A DNA stretch of 60,276 nucleotides, filler included, from Thelocarpon superellum (lineage: Eukaryota), in NCBI GenBank assembly GCA_026025795.1. It is 4 parts of 4 records of this genome, joined end to end, with 100 filler letters (N's around TTAATTAATTAA, not from the genome) between each part and the next. Parts side by side here need not be neighbours in the genome. Positions count along the whole stretch, not along the records: positions 15,149 to 30,153 come from JAPEUG010000419.1; positions 30,254 to 45,228 come from JAPEUG010000420.1; 2 more parts are not named here. One strand, written 5' to 3'. This document shows, in pieces, positions 21,973 through 36,067 of the stretch. Under the pieces are notes generated by a model. The model did no database searches. It was given only the letters and a program-made list of their open reading frames with translations, and was not told the DNA's origin. The translations under genes and the position numbers were made by a program. Each line of letters begins with the position of its first letter. The first letter of the stretch is position 1.

Positions 21973-22330
21973 CCCTCATGCCGAGAGCTCTGGCCAATTG
22001 ACCTCTTGAGAGCTGTGCAGAAGAGTTCGTCCTTTCTCTGGGCGGTGCTGTTGGCTGGTCTCTGATTGAGGAGGGCTTCTGGCATCCGAAAGGTCAAGAC
22101 ATACGGCGGACTGGATGCTATCATGACGTTCTCTGGAAGTACGGCATGAAGCACGCGAGACGTAGCGTCCGTCCAGCCCGTGGCAGTTCGAGCCGAACCC
22201 TTCACCCCACTCACCCCACCTTCCCAGACCTCGTAGGTCCCAGGATATACACATCATCAACGTCGTCTTCCATCACCTTTGGCGACATAAGAGGAGCTCG
22301 AGGGCTTCTTCATCAACCGATTGACACGAG

Positions 22331-23973
<1,643 letters not shown>

Positions 23974-24341
23974 GGGGCGAGGAGAGAAAGTGTGAGAAAA
24001 GTATAACGTATCAATCGCCCTAAGGAATCAGCGTCGAGATATCCACGGAAGTTACTGTCCACGGTAGTAGAAGGCCGGGATCAGAGGGTTGTTGCATCGT
24101 ATCGTTTACTTCAACGACGTCCTGCAGCATGATAAATATAAGCGATGGACAGCGGGTCACGACCCGACTAGCGAACCTCATGTTGAGGCCGACCCACCTG
24201 TCGCACACCCCGCCACCACGGTCCGACATATCATCTGGACGCTGGTAGCGGGTGGTCGAGGATATCCCATCTTTATCCACATCCTAGACACCCGTCGTTC
24301 TAGTCTCGCCCATGAGCCAGGTGCTCTTAGTGGCCTAAATC

Positions 24342-25625
24342 ATGGCGGTCATGCCCCCAGCCGTCACGACGACGGCGCGATCAGCGAGTAAATCGAACAA
24401 GACCGAGAACACACCCCACCCTCCACAATCAGCACAAAACCAGTTCTTCTGGGCATACACGGAAGAACCCCATCGAACGAGAAGACAAGCGATCATCAGG
24501 GCGCACCCAGAGGTGAGATGCATCTTGTGTATACCCAAGATCAAACGGACGAGAGCTGATGGCGTCCAGGTCACAAAACTGTGTGGCCCCGAACCGCTCA
24601 CCAAATATGTCGTGGCTGCCGTTGTGGCCCTGCAAATCACCTCTGCCTATCTCCTTCGCAACACATCGATTGTATCATGGCCGTTTTTTCTGACGGCATA
24701 CCTCATTGGTGCCACAGCTAATCAAAATCTCTTCCTCGCCATCCATGAGATCTCGCACAATCTAGCCTTTCGATCGGCTCGAGCCAACCGACTACTTGCT
24801 GTGTTTGCCAATCTGCCCATCGGGATTCCTTACAGCGCGGCTTTTCGGGTGAGTACTATCCATGCTAGTGATGAGCCCCGGCTGATCCTCTAGCCCTACC
24901 ATCTCACGCATCACAAATCACTCGGCGTGGATGGACTCGACACCGATCTGCCCACGGCCGTGGAAGCCATCTTCCTGGACTCCGTACTGGGCAAAGCCTT
25001 CTTCTGCACGTTTCAGATCCTCTTCTACGCCCTACGACCCATGATGGTCTACCAGCTGCCGCTGACGGGGATTCACATCTTCAACATCATCGCGCAAGTC
25101 GCTTTTGACACTGCTCTCGTCCAAACGATGGGGTCTCGCGCCCTCGTCTACCTCATCCTCAGCTCATTCCTCGCCGGCTCGCTGCATCCATGCGCGGGCC
25201 ATTTCATCGCCGAGCATTACGTCTTCAACCGATCTCAATACGCTCGCAACGCTTCGACTGCCCTCGCCCCCGTCCCGGAAACATACTCCTACTACGGCGG
25301 CCTGAACATGCTCACTTACAACGTGGGGCTGCACAACGAACACCACGACTTCCCCGCCATCCCGTGGACGCGCCTTCCGCTTCTCCACGCCACGGCCCAC
25401 GAGTTCTACAAGGACTTGCCGCATCATCGCAGCTGGACCTACGTCATCTGGCAGTTTATCTGGGACAAGGACGTCGGACTCTGGTGTCGCGTCAAACGGA
25501 AACAGGGCGGGAGGATTGTCGGGGGAGGGACGAATGGGAATGGGAATGGGAATGGGAAGACTGATTCGAGTGCGAATGGGGGTGGAGGATGGAAAGAGGA
25601 GGACCTGGGCGCGAACAATGAATGA
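24342..25625 (+). CDS. DES1: Sphingolipid (dihydroceramide) delta-4 desaturase; exons 24342-24512, 24570-24848, 24894-25625
   Basis: FFWAYTEEPHRTRR..HPE|VTKLCGPEPLTK; His boxes HEISH, HLTHH, HNEHHDFP. Confidence 0.95.
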
Positions 25626-26210
25626 TGATGGTGAGACTGGATTTAATCGACTACCTAGTAGCTATACTGGTACAGTACCATACCATTTGATTCTCCCATT
25701 CATTTTCTAGGGCCAATTGGGTAGAAGGGCGGGAGGGATGAGGTGCTGGAATATGGTGGTAGGTGCTCGTACCAGGAGCAGTATAGGAGTTATTCGTTAG
25801 AATCTAGGAAGGACAACAAAACGTGTTTTCAGTCCTCGATCGACGTCCCACATCCCCATTTTCCCTCCTGCCTTCGTTTGCTTTCTTTTGACCAGCCGGA
25901 CGCACGCACGTCGAGCCCACGCTACCCGACGACGCTTCACAAAAGCAAGACTAACCTTTCCATCCTCCCTTCCTGCCCACTCTCCTGCGTGGAACAAGAC
26001 GCCTCCGTCGAATGGGAGAAAGAGAGTGGGGGAGGATTAGACGGAGGCGACGATGGATGAATAGAAAGGAACAGAACGGAAAGGAAATGGGGAGACGAGA
26101 AGAACAACCTCGGCGCACAGAATGACGGATGAACGGATCAAGCGCACAACTAGGTACCAGCGTACGAGCCAAAGCAGGAAACTAGTGAAATCCTAACCTA
26201 ACGAAACCTA

Positions 26211-27436
26211 CTAAAAGAACAGATAGGCCAGGAGGAAACTGAGCAGACACAAGGCCGCGACAATCTGCACCGGCACGCCCTCCGTCGGCTGCAGTGCTTG
26301 TGCGCCCATGCCCGTCGTGCCGGTCGCGATGCGCTCGCGTGAGTCGCGCGTGACGGCGTCGGATTTGCGCTGGCGCAGTCCCTGCTCGTCGCTCTGCGAG
26401 GTGAGGCGCGAGATGGTCGCGCGTGCTTCTACCAGTTGCGCCTTCGCTTCCTCCAGTGAAGTTGGGACCGAGGACGTGATGCTTGATGCGATCGACTTGT
26501 GCGACCCCGTCGCGGGATTCGAGGCTGATGCTACCGCCTCCCCGACGTGCTTGGCGTCCGCGGGTCGCGATTCCGGTCGTGACACCGCCCCGACGGCTGC
26601 GATGCTCTGGTTGCCTTGGCTCGGGGTGAAGGCTTCAGGTGACGGAGAGTTATAGGCCGGTGGATCGGAGGAGGGCGTGTCGTGGTCCCGCGGCCACTGG
26701 TGACGTTAGCTGGTGCGTCAGAAAGGACGTCAGGATCATGGTGGCACCTACCGTCCCGTTTGTGAGATGCGATGGCGTGCCCTGTCCGGCCGCTGGGATG
26801 AAAGTCACGCGAATCTTCTTCTCTTGGATCGACGACTTGGCTGTTTGGTCGACGTGTTGCCACTGCTCCTTGTTAGCCAGACGAAAGACGACCGAGGGCC
26901 ACAGTCCCTACGATGGCCGCCACGTTGGAGAATTCCCGGTCCGCGGTAATGGCAATGGTCTGCACTAGAAACTTGTCCTTGCACTTGACGTCCATCGGAG
27001 GCTCTTCCTTCATAGCCTGTAGGATGACTACGCGTCGTCAGTAACGGGTACACGACGTGGACGCAACGTCCTCACCTTGCACCTCCACTTCCATCCCCGC
27101 CTCGATCCGTCCCGAGTTCGGTCGCACGCAATATCTACCTGACCATCAGCGTCTGCCCACGTCCATCTGGTATCTCGCTCCATACTGTTTTGGGGCCGTG
27201 GTTTTGACCTAGCCGATACTATGTCAGCACATCCATCGATACCGCCCGTGTAGATGAGACAGATCTACCTTGAAGGCCACCGGGTCGCGGTTGGGATTCC
27301 GAAGGTGGAGCGTCTGCGAGACTTCCTGCGAAAAGGGTCCTGTCGCATGATGGGTCAGCCGACGGGCGCGGCGGGTGGGACCGAATCACCACTCACGCTG
27401 GAACCCGAGCTCGGGCGGGCTCAGCTCCACAGACAT
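26211..27436 (-). CDS. SCS2: VAP/Scs2-type MSP-domain ER tail-anchored protein; exons 27436-27397, 27339-27269, 27208-27186, 27134-27076, 27027-26912, 26862-26752, 26696-26211
   Basis: Spliced VAP signature FK|VKTTAPKQ|YCVRPNSG; KCKDKFLVQ, IQEKKIRV; coiled coil; TM tail VPVQIVAALCLLSFLLAYLFF*. Confidence 0.95.
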
Positions 27437-28233
27437 GGTGAGGGTGGAGGGTGGTGTGTCCAAGAAGAGCGGGTGGTGCAGGAGGTGGCAGCAGTTGGCA
27501 CAGGCGTGGATTAGGTTTGGGAAGCTTCGGTGCTCGAGGTGGAGTCGTGCGCCTCGATGGGAGATGGGGTGAAGCTGATATATTGGTGAGGTTAAAGGAC
27601 CGCGAGGGTCCGACGCGTGATGTGTGAATAGAATGGAGAGATTCGGTAGCCGTCTGCTTATGTTGATGGTAAGGCTCAGCGGGCTGTCGGGGTGTTAGTC
27701 AACTAGGTGCTAGGTGCTAGGTCATCTGAGGATTGTCATGGTCGAAGCGGACGAGTAACTTGAGTAACTTGTACGGACCATGGCACACGGGTGTTGCGGT
27801 CGGAGTTCTCCCAGCCTGCAGTAGTTCGTCTAGGGCCTGGTACATGCTTGGCGGCATTGCCTACAAGTACTTGTAAGTCAACTTACCACGAAGTTGCAAG
27901 GCGTTCGGTACGTGGCGTCCAGTCTTAACAATGTCGCCCGCAATAGCAATTTTGGCTAGGTGGCGGAACGCTTTCACACCTCGGTGCCAGCTAGTTGTAA
28001 CTATGTGACAATCCAGGCAAGAGGGCGCAATACAGGAGACGAGACAATCCAAAGCGACAATATCACAACGCTGACTTCATGCTCGACAACGATAATAGAC
28101 ATCACCCTTCCCATTTCCAAGGATTGTTCACCCCCTTCATTCTGCTCTCCGCGCCCGTTACTCGTCCACTCCTCAATTTCTCCAGGACTCCTTGCGCACA
28201 CCCTCTTCACCTTTCTTCTCCTCGACCATCCTC

Positions 28234-29341
28234 ATGGCTTCCTCCGACCTGAACGTCCTCCTGGACATGGGCTTCGACCAGGAGAGAGCAGAGCAAGCCG
28301 TGAAAAAGTCGGGCGGGCGTTCGCATCCCAACGGCACGCATCTTCTGGGATGATATGGCTGACTCTCCCCAGTGCAAGGTGCTCTAGAGTGGCTTGAATC
28401 CATGCAAGACAAATCGATGGATGAGATCAAGGAGTCGGCGGCGCACAACGAAAACGATCCCACCGCCGAGCCCCCCGATCTTAAACCAGGAGAACAAGCC
28501 CGGTCCCTGATCTGCAACGAATGTGGCAAGCGCTTTCGAAGCCAGGCACAAGCCGAGTTCCACGCCTCTAAGACGTAGGTACCTCGTTACAATTTCGTGA
28601 TACCACTACGACTGACACCGACGGCCTAGTGAGCACGTTGACTTCGCCGAGTCAACCGAGGAGATTGCGCCCCTGACGGAAGAGGAAAAGAAGGAGAAAC
28701 TGGAGCAGCTGAAGCGAAAGCTTGCGGAGAAGCGCGAAGGCCAGTCGAGCGTTGAAAAGGAGGAACAAAAACGGAACGAGGTTTGCCACATCACCCTCCG
28801 CGACACCATTCCTGCCCTGACTACTGCGCAGGCCATCCGGCGAAAGAGCACCAAAGAGACACAGGACCTCAAAGAAGATCTGCAAAAGAAGGAGCAGATG
28901 AAGATCGCCGCTGCCAAGCGCCGCGAGAAGCAAGAAGAGCTAGCGGCCAAGGAGCGAATTCGAATGAAGATCAAAGCAGACCAAGAAGAGCGACGCCTCA
29001 AAGCACAGAAAGAGAAAGCCGAGCGTGATGGTCTCGCACCACCTCCCGTTCCCGCCGCCGCCACACCCGCACCCACCGCTTCCAGCCCCGCCCAGTCCAA
29101 GCCAGGCTCGGAATACAGTCAATCGCGGCTGCGTTTGCAAACGCCGCACGGAGAGATCCGGAAATCCTTCGCGGTCGACACAACACTGTTCGAGGTGGCG
29201 GCGGCTGTGCATGCCGAGAATGGCATGCAGGTGGAGAGCTTCACCCAGACCTTCCCGCGCAAGACTTTCACCCACATCGACTTTGGGCAGTCTCTGAGAG
29301 AATCCGGCTTGTTTCCTAGTGCTGTGTTGATGGTAAAGTGA
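28234..29341 (+). CDS. UBA - C2H2 zinc finger - coiled coil - UBX protein (UBXN1/SAKS1-like Cdc48 adaptor); exons 28234-28318, 28373-28574, 28630-28780, 28832-29341
   Basis: LLDMGFDQERAEQAV...LQGALEWL (UBA); CNECGKRFRSQAQAEFHASKTEH; UBX region RLRLQ...TFPRKTF...GLFPSAVL. Confidence 0.9.
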
Positions 29342-30153
29342 TGCCTGCAGCAATGAGTGAAAGCGGGACAGAAGGAAAATATGCACATCGAGCATAAAGC
29401 TCAGGAGCGAGGCGAATAGGGACGTCTCGGCATTGGAGACTCGGCCTGCAGGATGCGGATGGGGGCAGCAGGCTAAGGGCCGATTTTACGTTCGCAACGT
29501 GGCTCATGAAAGATGATGGAATGATTAGCATAGTCTCAAGGACATGCAGCCTGGCCATTGGGTAGCGAGACGGGACCGCCATGTCGGAAAACGAATCCGA
29601 CTCCATTACGCGAGCACCAATGGTCGAAAGGCCGGGGGCGTTCGTTCCGCGCGCCAGCTACGCCCGCGACTGAATGGCCGCCTGTGATGGTTTGGGGACG
29701 GTGTATGTCTCCCCGCTGGCCGGATCAGCCAGGCTTCTTTGCAGTAGTCCGCAGTACTGGAGGTCGCGCCTGGAGTAGCACCTCAGACAGCAGCCGAATT
29801 ACGATATGACATCACATTCGAATGGAACATACCCGAAGAGAAGACGTCCGGCGTGGTTCCCCCGTGGTGCATTGTAGAGTGGGGGCTTTCACCCGACCGT
29901 GGTCGGGATATGGAGAGATAAGTAACTATCAGGTGCTTCGCATCGACAGCATGACGCTCCCGTGGCACTGGAATTCAATAATGCTATGGCTCTCGTTCAT
30001 CATGAGGATGCACCCGTGACAGTGGCGTTCCATCATATGTCGCAACCATGGGCCTTCTTCGGCGCCTTGCGCGAGGTCAATGATCGGAGAGATCCACGCG
30101 CCACGTCCAGCGGGTATCCTGTTTGGGTCGGTGAAGGACTGTTGTGGGAGCTA

Positions 30154-30253
30154 NNNNNNNNNNNNNNNNNNNNNNNNNNNNNNNNNNNNNNNNNNNNTTA
30201 ATTAATTAANNNNNNNNNNNNNNNNNNNNNNNNNNNNNNNNNNNNNNNNNNNN
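30154..30253. other. Artificial contig spacer
   Basis: 44 N + TTAATTAATTAA + 44 N. Confidence 0.98.
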
Positions 30254-30406
30254 CTGCGTCTCGACATCGACGACGTGTCCGAGACCGAGCTGGCGGCGCG
30301 AAAGGCGGCCTGGACGCCGCCAGAGGTCAAATATAAAAAGGGCACGTTGAGGAAATACGCCAATCTCGTCACCGACGCTAGCAGGGGGTGTATCACTGAC
30401 GGATGA
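30254..30406 (+). CDS. ILV3: 3' end of dihydroxy-acid dehydratase (partial, cut by the contig edge; absent from the ORF track)
   Basis: LRLDIDDVSETELAARKAAWTPPEVKYKKGTLRKYANLVTDASRGCITDG* matches the characteristic IlvD/Ilv3 C-terminus. Confidence 0.88.
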   Translation: MRLDIDDVSETELAARKAAWTPPEVKYKKGTLRKYANLVTDASRGCITDG

Positions 30407-30420
30407 TGAGGATCATCTTT

Positions 30421-30480
30421 CCTCTCCTCTCTCCTCTCTCCTCTCTCCTCTCTCCTCTCTCCTCTCTCCTCTCTCTCCCT
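30421..30480 (+). repeat. (CTCCTCT)n polypyrimidine tandem repeat downstream of ILV3
   Basis: About 8 copies of a 7-mer; pure C/T tract. Confidence 0.9.
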
Positions 30481-30902
30481 CTTCCTCTCTTCCTCCCCCC
30501 TCTCTACCTACCGCTCCGTTCACCTTTCCCCACCCCCCTCCTTGATCCTTTCCCTTGCCCTGTCTGCGTGACGCTAGACCTATAATCTCCATCGATGCAT
30601 CGATGGTTAGATGCATAATTATGCAAAATGAAAGAGAGAAGGAGATAGTGTTACGCCCATATGGGGAACATCATGTGGTGTTGAGGTGGTTTCATTAACT
30701 GACGCTCGGAATCGAGCCTGTATAGCTATCTAATATACGCACGTTGTGCGTAATTCTCGTCATCATGTGACGTAAGCTACCTATGACGTGAGCTAACCTC
30801 CTAATGTCTCGTACGTCCGTGACAGATGGAGAGTATGTGAGTGCGTGAATGTATGAGTGAGTGGATAAGAGGAAGAAAGAAAAGGGGAAGAGAGATATCA
30901 AT

Positions 30903-32450
30903 CTAAGTCCTCCTAGATCCAAACAACCGTCCCACTAACCCGGGTAAGCTCCGGCGCTGATGACGCGCATGTAGAGGATCGGGGTCGGGATCGGGATCGG
31001 GATCGGGATCGGTGGTGGTGGTGGAGAGGAGAAGCTCCGAGTACCGCGGTGGCGCGTCTGGTGCGTCTGATGCGTCTCCGTTCCCGTGGATAGTTCCTTG
31101 TGTGGTGCCGTGTGGATTGCCGTTTGTCTTGTTCCCAGTCCCAACTCCATTCCCGTTCCCTTGAGCGTGAGAGAGCTCGTCTTCAGGTGTAGTGATGGGT
31201 GATTCTCTCCTTCCGCCTCCTCCTCCTCCTCCTCCTGCTCCTCCTCCTCCTCCTCCTCCTTCTCCTCCGTCATCTCCTCCACCATCTCCTCTCCCTCTTT
31301 CCTCCCCTCTCCTCTCGTTCCCCTCTCGTACAGGATCAGCGACGCGATAGTCCTTCATGCCCAATCTAGCCTTTTCCTCGTGAAGATGTGTATGCGGATG
31401 CGAATGCGGATCCGGAATGGACGCCAAGATGGGCGTAGGCGGTGGGGTGGTGGCCGGGATGGTGGTGGTCGAGATTGGAGGGAGCGGAGGTAACGGACGT
31501 TGCAGCTTGCCCACGTCGCTGACGGATTGCGTTCGTCGGAACGACGGCGGCTGTGGGAATATAAACGGTGTCGGGTAAGGTGGCTGAGGATGGGACTGAG
31601 GTTGAGGTTGCGTGTGTTGATGGGCCTGAACCGGGACGGACTGCACCACCCCGGCCTTATCTGACAACCGTCTCGCGCGAAGACTGGGCCGAACGGGACT
31701 GGCGATGGAATCAAAATACTTGTTCCCGACGGCCGCGATGCGATCCACCAGCTCCTGGTACCAGGATACCTGGCACGACCGGGGGAGGCGGAGTTTTCGT
31801 GGCAGGAGCCGGGAGAGGTCGCGTCGGTCTCGGCTCAGCTTCTGCGCCAGCTCGTCCCACTTGCATCCCCGCACCAGCTCCTGGACCCGGTCTCGTCGTT
31901 TGCCTCCGCGCGCCGCGAACTCGATAAAGTCTCGCGTGAGCTCATCTGCGTCCAGCAACATCTCCCGGGCGCAGTCCCGTAGTCGTATCTGCATCGTTTC
32001 CGTCACCAGCGGGTCGTCCACCTCCGTCCGCCCGTACTCGCGCGCCACCTGCGCCCGCCCGTCGGCCCCACTGAGGATCTTCCCCGTCACCACGTAGTCG
32101 TACAGATTCAGGATCCGCCGGACGCTATGTGCGGGATTCAGGCCATAGTCGTCGAAGAGGAGCGCGCGCACGAAGCCGCGGATGGCCGTGACGTGGTCGA
32201 GGAGCTCGGCGGATTTCTCAATCGAGCCTAATGATGAGGCGTAGATGCCTTCCACGTCCTTGTCGAGCCGGCGTAGACCGCGCGTCAGGCTGAGGATGTC
32301 CGTGTCTTGGAGCTTCAGGGCCGACTCGAAGACGTCCTTGGCCTGCTCCAACCGTTCTTCCAGCCGAGGCGTCAAGATGGCGTCTTGAAGGACTCGGTCG
32401 TAGTCCTTGATCTTCCGCGAGATCCACTTGTAGCAATTGACATTGTCCAT
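30903..32450 (-). CDS. Hypothetical protein (~515 aa): charged helical N-terminal half, Pro/Gly low-complexity C-terminal half
   Basis: Long stop-free frame with a CACCATGG start context at 32450; no family recognised; upstream exons cannot be excluded. Confidence 0.65.
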   Translation of the reverse strand: MDNVNCYKWISRKIKDYDRVLQDAILTPRLEERLEQAKDVFESALKLQDTDILSLTRGLRRLDKDVEGIYASSLGSIEKSAELLDHVTAIRGFVRALLFDDYGLNPAHSVRRILNLYDYVVTGKILSGADGRAQVAREYGRTEVDDPLVTETMQIRLRDCAREMLLDADELTRDFIEFAARGGKRRDRVQELVRGCKWDELAQKLSRDRRDLSRLLPRKLRLPRSCQVSWYQELVDRIAAVGNKYFDSIASPVRPSLRARRLSDKAGVVQSVPVQAHQHTQPQPQSHPQPPYPTPFIFPQPPSFRRTQSVSDVGKLQRPLPPLPPISTTTIPATTPPPTPILASIPDPHSHPHTHLHEEKARLGMKDYRVADPVREGNERRGEERGRGDGGGDDGGEGGGGGGGAGGGGGGGGRRESPITTPEDELSHAQGNGNGVGTGNKTNGNPHGTTQGTIHGNGDASDAPDAPPRYSELLLSTTTTDPDPDPDPDPDPLHARHQRRSLPGLVGRLFGSRRT

Positions 32451-34056
32451 GGTGCCGAGGGATGGAACGGGCGGGGCAGGACAGGTCGAGCGCAAGACGA
32501 AGCTGGTCAACGGAGATCAGGTGCGAATGCGACCCTGGAGAATGTACCGAGGTCCCGGAAGACAACTCGCACGGGAGTCAGACAGATCCAGGGTGGAGGC
32601 GGACAATGTCCCACGTCGATGTCGGCCAGCCCGACGTACTTAAGGGATGCACCAATGCTCGAACGATCGGTGGTAGCATTCCCTTCCACCGATGGCCCAT
32701 GCTGGCCGGTTGCGGTGGCCCGTCACCGTCACCCGCTGCCCTCTGCACTCCTCTTGTCAGAAGGAGTATCAGACCGCTGGCGCCCGGCGCACGGGCAGGG
32801 ACCAGCATGGGTGGCGCCGGGGGTGCTGAGGGGGGCAGATGGAAACGTGGGGTGGTCGCATCTCGACATGAGTGGTTGCGCACTTCCCGCACACGTGAGA
32901 CATGCCGGAGCGGGGCGCCGGGGCGTTGGGTCGGCGCTGTTGCCGGCGTTGGCCGGCTCTGGTCGGCGCCGTTCTAGGCGCTCAAGCTATGGTCGGCGGC
33001 GCTCGACGGGGCGGCGCGGTAGGGGTGGGGGGGTGGTGGGAGGGAAGAAAAAGCCGCCCCGGATGGTTTCCTTCTCATTCATCTTCCTTGCACTGGTACG
33101 ATGACCGTACGGTTATGCCCCGCTCCAATAACCCCAGCAGCAACTCATACCCGTGTGCCAAGGAGCCGCATGCAATCATGAGGCGCTTAGGCTTAGCGAG
33201 AGAGAGCCTTCGCCTAGGAGTGATGTTACTCGTACGCCATACTTCCACGGTGGAAGCGGGGAGGGACGGCAAGTCCACCCGTAGCCGTCCCCGGAACGCC
33301 AATTACAGGTGCCCGAGGTGCGTGAGGAAAGGTCGGCTACAGCGAGGAGACTCCGCTCGCTCGGTACGATCCGGGCTCCTGCCTACGCTCAAGGTACGGT
33401 CGAGCGTGTCACTCGGTTTGACAGTTGCAAAACTAACGCACGGCCTGCAGCTGGCGGGGCCCCAAACGAGGCCATAACAAGGCCGTAACGAGGGCCTGCA
33501 GGCTAGACCAGCACACATGAGCACCGCCAGCTGGACGGCGTGTTTCAGAATGGCTCCACCGTGGTCCAACGACCGCACCGTGAAGGCCCGCAACTGTCTC
33601 GGTGGCTTGCATTCGCTTTTCGCTTCAACGTGAGCTGACCGACTTGTCACGCTGGTAGGTGGTAGGATGGTAGGATGGTAAGATGGTAGGATGACGTGTC
33701 TCAGTACCACTGAGAAGGACTCGTCGTGACAGTGACAAGAGAATGTGCATGCTTATGCAGCTTGGTCGTGTTCCATCGAGCGTACAGGGTGCTTGGTAGA
33801 GAGTGGATGGTGCTCAAGCATGCTGGCTCAGTAATGGTCCGAGATGGTCTGAAAGATAAGTCCGGCAGCGGTCAGGATGCAACGGCCGCATCTGAAGCAA
33901 CCCCCACGGTCCCGGGGTAATCTACTGTACTTCGTACATGGTTTGTACCATGCATCCGACGACCTCCGAGCTGGACCGAGACAAGTAGACACACTCGGCC
34001 GTGGCAGTTCCACCAGCAGCAGGTGGCAAAGCCGTTCATGAGAGTTGTCCAGCTGC

Positions 34057-35472
34057 CTAGACGTGCGCCCACCCCCGTACGGCCAGCACTTGCATCTCGT
34101 TGACCAAGCAAGCCATACCGGGCTCCATCCTCTGCTCCTCCTCGCCCGCGCCCACCCTGCCTGCCTTCTGCCACTGTCTGACCCGGCTACGTACGGTCCA
34201 CGCCTCTAGCTCGGAGGTGTACATGTTCAATATCCGCACCGCCCGATTCCACCACATGCCCGCCCACCTCGCCGCCAGCGACGGCCACCGCGCCTCACCC
34301 TCGGCCGGTGGTTTGATGGTCTCCCATGCTTGGGCGTTATACGCCACCCGCACCTGCGGGTTCACCCACACACCCTTCACTCGACTGAGCGGATTGTCAT
34401 AGTGAATGAGGCAGCACTCGGATGCCTCGAGATGATAGGCTGCCAGCGAGTCCGCCGTGCCGCGGAACCTCAACGGCCTCTGCGGCCCGTGAGCCGTGCT
34501 GGGAACGGTATGACTGGACATGAAGTTCGTGTAGAACGGTGCCGCGTCGAAGACGACTGGATGGTCTTAGCATCGCTGGATCCACTGGAGCACGGCCTCA
34601 CCTACCCATGCCATTCCAGCAGCTTTGCACCGGCACCGGTTCTCCCGCCATGGTCGCCATCCGCGACGCGCGGGAGGCAAAGTATGGAAAGCTCTGTGTG
34701 ACGGTCTTGGCCCCGGCAGCATCGCGCAGAGCAAAGGTGTCGTAGTAATAGGGCGGCTTGGAAAAGTCCAGCGCGCATGCCGCGGCGTAGTCACCGTCAC
34801 GGGTGTGGAGCAGGGTCAGGACATCATCCGTCTGGGACCGGCCATTCAGCATGGGACGCAAGGGGATGAGGAGGGTAGACGCGGACATACGGTAAAGATG
34901 ACGTCGTTGGGAAAGAGAATCTTGTCAAAGAAGATGCCCTGCTCTGCCAGCTGCCGCAACGGTTCCAACGATCGATTGCGGAGGCCGGCGAGGTAGGGGA
35001 TGCGCCGAGGCCGTTTCCTGCCATGGCCGATATCGATCCAGCCCTCGGCGGCGGGTTCTTTCGCGATCTCGTCGGCGTGGGTGGTGTTGTCATTGATGAC
35101 GCTCCGCTGGGCGCCTAGTTCTCCCAATTGCTCGTCCAGCAAGGTCACGGCGTCGGCCGAGTGATCATAGCTGCCGCTCTGGAAGACCGAGACGTAGATG
35201 TTGTCCGTGCCAAAATGCCTGACCAGGTCTAGCACCGCATTGTTCCAGTGACTCCGAAGGATGATCTCATTGTTCCAATGGACGCTGGCGACAAAGATGC
35301 GCTCCGTGGAATGCTCGGGATCGGCCGCGAGCGAGGTCGGCCGAGAGGGCTGTTGACGCGTGGTGAATGACAATGCCAGGTAATCCAAAGAGACGAACAG
35401 AAACAGTACCAGAAGAACCGACCTCCGGTAAAAACGCCAGCGACCCGAACGCCGAAAGGGTAACCTGATCAT
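34057..35472 (-). CDS. Glycosyltransferase family 69 (CAP59/Cmt1-like alpha-1,3-mannosyltransferase); exons 35472-34891, 34831-34606, 34556-34057
   Basis: Type II TM anchor; IFVASVHWNNE, SGSYD, RRIPYLAGLRNRSLEPL, ILFPNDVIF, ACALDF, YYDTFALRD, SCWNGMV, ASECCLIHYD. Confidence 0.9.
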
Positions 35473-36067
35473 GTCCGATCCCGCTGCACTTGGATCGGGT
35501 CGTACATTGAGCGGTGGAGTTGCACCGAGGCCTCGTGCCCATGCAGCTGACGGGTCATGGTGTACAGCAGGATGCGTGTTGCTCCCGTACTCGTACAATA
35601 AATCCACGAACGCGAGTGGCTCTGGCTCTGGCTCCCCCAGACGCCTCGGACGGCGTTCGCCGTTGCCGCGATCCCGGCAGCGGAAGAATCCTACCACCAA
35701 GCCACCAAGCCCACCAAGCCAGGCGCTGTCCGAGTACCTGCGCTTTGTGTGGATCTGTCAAGTGGATTCCTGCCGCAAAGCCTGCTCCCGTCACATCTGC
35801 GTGTGCATCTGTCCCGCTCTGGAGAAGGATCGACCATGCGTCTCGGGAGTCATCGAGACGAGATCCAGCATGCATGACGGCATTTTGGAGGCGGGGTTTC
35901 GATCCTCATTAAATAATCATTGGAAGTTCTCCGCCGATCACCGTGTCATACATATGAGCGCTTGCGGCTCTACCGTATTCAGGATTTGTGCAAGCCAATA
36001 CTTGTCCGACCGTGCGTACGAGGACCGGATCGTTTCCAGTCTCCTTACTCCCATCTCCCGTGCATCC

